From positions 1 to 18,233 of the forward strand of contig JBBDRO010000097.1 of assembly GCA_040905425.1 (NCBI GenBank): a stretch of DNA of 18,233 bases, given 5' to 3'. Of the stretch, positions 17,149 through 18,233 are shown piece after piece; the stretch's first letter is position 1, and each line of letters begins with the position of its first letter. A program made the translations under genes and the position numbers. The DNA is from Gemmatimonadota bacterium (GTDB lineage Bacteria; Gemmatimonadota; Gemmatimonadetes; Longimicrobiales; RSA9). The notes beneath the pieces are model-generated. The model had not been told where the DNA came from. It saw nothing but the letters and a program-made list of their open reading frames with translations, and searched no databases.

Positions 17149-18233
17149 GTGTCCGCCTACGTCTTCACGTCCGAGTCCGTCTCCGAGGGCCACCCCGACA
17201 AGGTGGCCGACCTCATCTCCGACAGCGTGCTGGACGCCTGCCTGGCGCGCGACCCCCGTTCCCGCGTGGCGTGTGAAACCCTGGTGAAGGGCGGCCACGT
17301 CTTCCTGGCCGGGGAGGTGAGCATCCCCGGTCAGCCGGCGCCGGACTGGGAGGACGTGGTCCGCGCGGCCGTGCGCAGCGTGGGCTACACGGACCCCGCC
17401 GACCCCTTCGCGGCGGACACGCTCCAGCTCCACGCGTACGTGACGGAGCAGTCGGACCAGATCAGGCAGGGCGTGAGCGGCGGGGAGGAGCTCGGCGCGG
17501 GCGACCAGGGCCTCATGTTCGGCTACGCCACGGACGAGACGCCCGAGCTCATGCCGCTGCCCGTGCTCCTGGCGCACCGCCTGGCCGCCGCCCTGGCCAG
17601 CGACCGCAAGCGCGGCGCCGTCCCGTTCCTCCGCCCCGACTCCAAGACGCAGATCTCGGTGGCCTACCAGAACGAGGTGCCCGTGGGCGTGACCGCCGTG
17701 CTGGTCTCCACGCAGCACGCCCCCGGTGCCCTGGATCAGGTGTCCGCGCATGTGCGTGAGAACCTCCTCCCGCGTGTCCTCGGCGATTGGTATCACCCGG
17801 GCATCGAGGTCCTGATCAACACGGCCGGCGAGTGGACGGTGGGCGGCCCCGCGGCGGACGCGGGGCTCACCGGCCGCAAGATCATCGTGGACACCTACGG
17901 CGGCCGGGCGCGCCACGGCGGCGGCGCCTTCAGCGGCAAGGATGCCACCAAGGTGGACCGCAGCGGCGCCTACTTCTGCCGCTGGCTGGCGCGCCAGGTG
18001 GTGGCGCGGGGCCTGGCCAGCCGCGCGGAGATTCAGGTGGCCTACGCCATCGGCCGCGCCGCACCCGTGTCGGTGGCCGTGGACACCTTCCATACAGGCG
18101 ACAACGCCGCGGCGGCCGCCTTCGTGGCGCGTCATGATTTTCGCCCGGCGGCCATCATCGAGCGCCTGGGACTCGACTGCCCCATCTATCGCGCCACCAC
18201 CAATTACGGGCATTTCGGACGGCCGGGGCTGCC
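17149..18233 (+). CDS. metK: S-adenosylmethionine synthetase (methionine adenosyltransferase), 3'-truncated by window edge
   Basis: GGAGGGG SD (17137-17143) and GTG start. Manual translation gives FTSESVSEGHPDKVADLISD, GAGDQGLMFGYA, LRPDSKTQ, GLTGRKIIVDTYGG, HGGGAFSGKDATKVDRSGAY and YGHFGR. Absent from the ORF track because there is no stop in the window. Confidence 0.98.
   Translation, partial: MSAYVFTSESVSEGHPDKVADLISDSVLDACLARDPRSRVACETLVKGGHVFLAGEVSIPGQPAPDWEDVVRAAVRSVGYTDPADPFAADTLQLHAYVTEQSDQIRQGVSGGEELGAGDQGLMFGYATDETPELMPLPVLLAHRLAAALASDRKRGAVPFLRPDSKTQISVAYQNEVPVGVTAVLVSTQHAPGALDQVSAHVRENLLPRVLGDWYHPGIEVLINTAGEWTVGGPAADAGLTGRKIIVDTYGGRARHGGGAFSGKDATKVDRSGAYFCRWLARQVVARGLASRAEIQVAYAIGRAAPVSVAVDTFHTGDNAAAAAFVARHDFRPAAIIERLGLDCPIYRATTNYGHFGRPGL

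Noticed and set aside
17104..18213. 369-aa minus-strand ORF
   Set aside because: Antisense shadow of metK, whose motifs are all on the + strand.

Overview
High-GC bacterial chromosomal window. The gene content (secreted six-bladed beta-propeller lipoprotein, membrane GGDEF fusion) suggests Gemmatimonadota, but that is inference only. Left to right it holds: a 5'-truncated CYTH-family gene; a 619-aa probably leaderless hypothetical protein with a RelE/YafQ-like C-terminus; a class I SAM methyltransferase; a lipoprotein S8 (aqualysin/proteinase K-like) protease; a TM-GGDEF-REC-HD-GYP c-di-GMP enzyme; a beta-propeller lipoprotein (-); a secreted thermonuclease (-); a palindrome-rich divergent intergenic region; an addB-addA-like helicase/nuclease pair; a small hypothetical; and a 3'-truncated metK that the ORF track missed. 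The most notable element is the metK leader. It looks like a SAM-II/SAM-V-class pseudoknot aptamer with hairpins inserted in both loops, coupled to a perfect intrinsic terminator and a plausible antiterminator, i.e. a transcriptional OFF riboswitch. No tRNA, rRNA, CRISPR array, transposase or integrase was seen.
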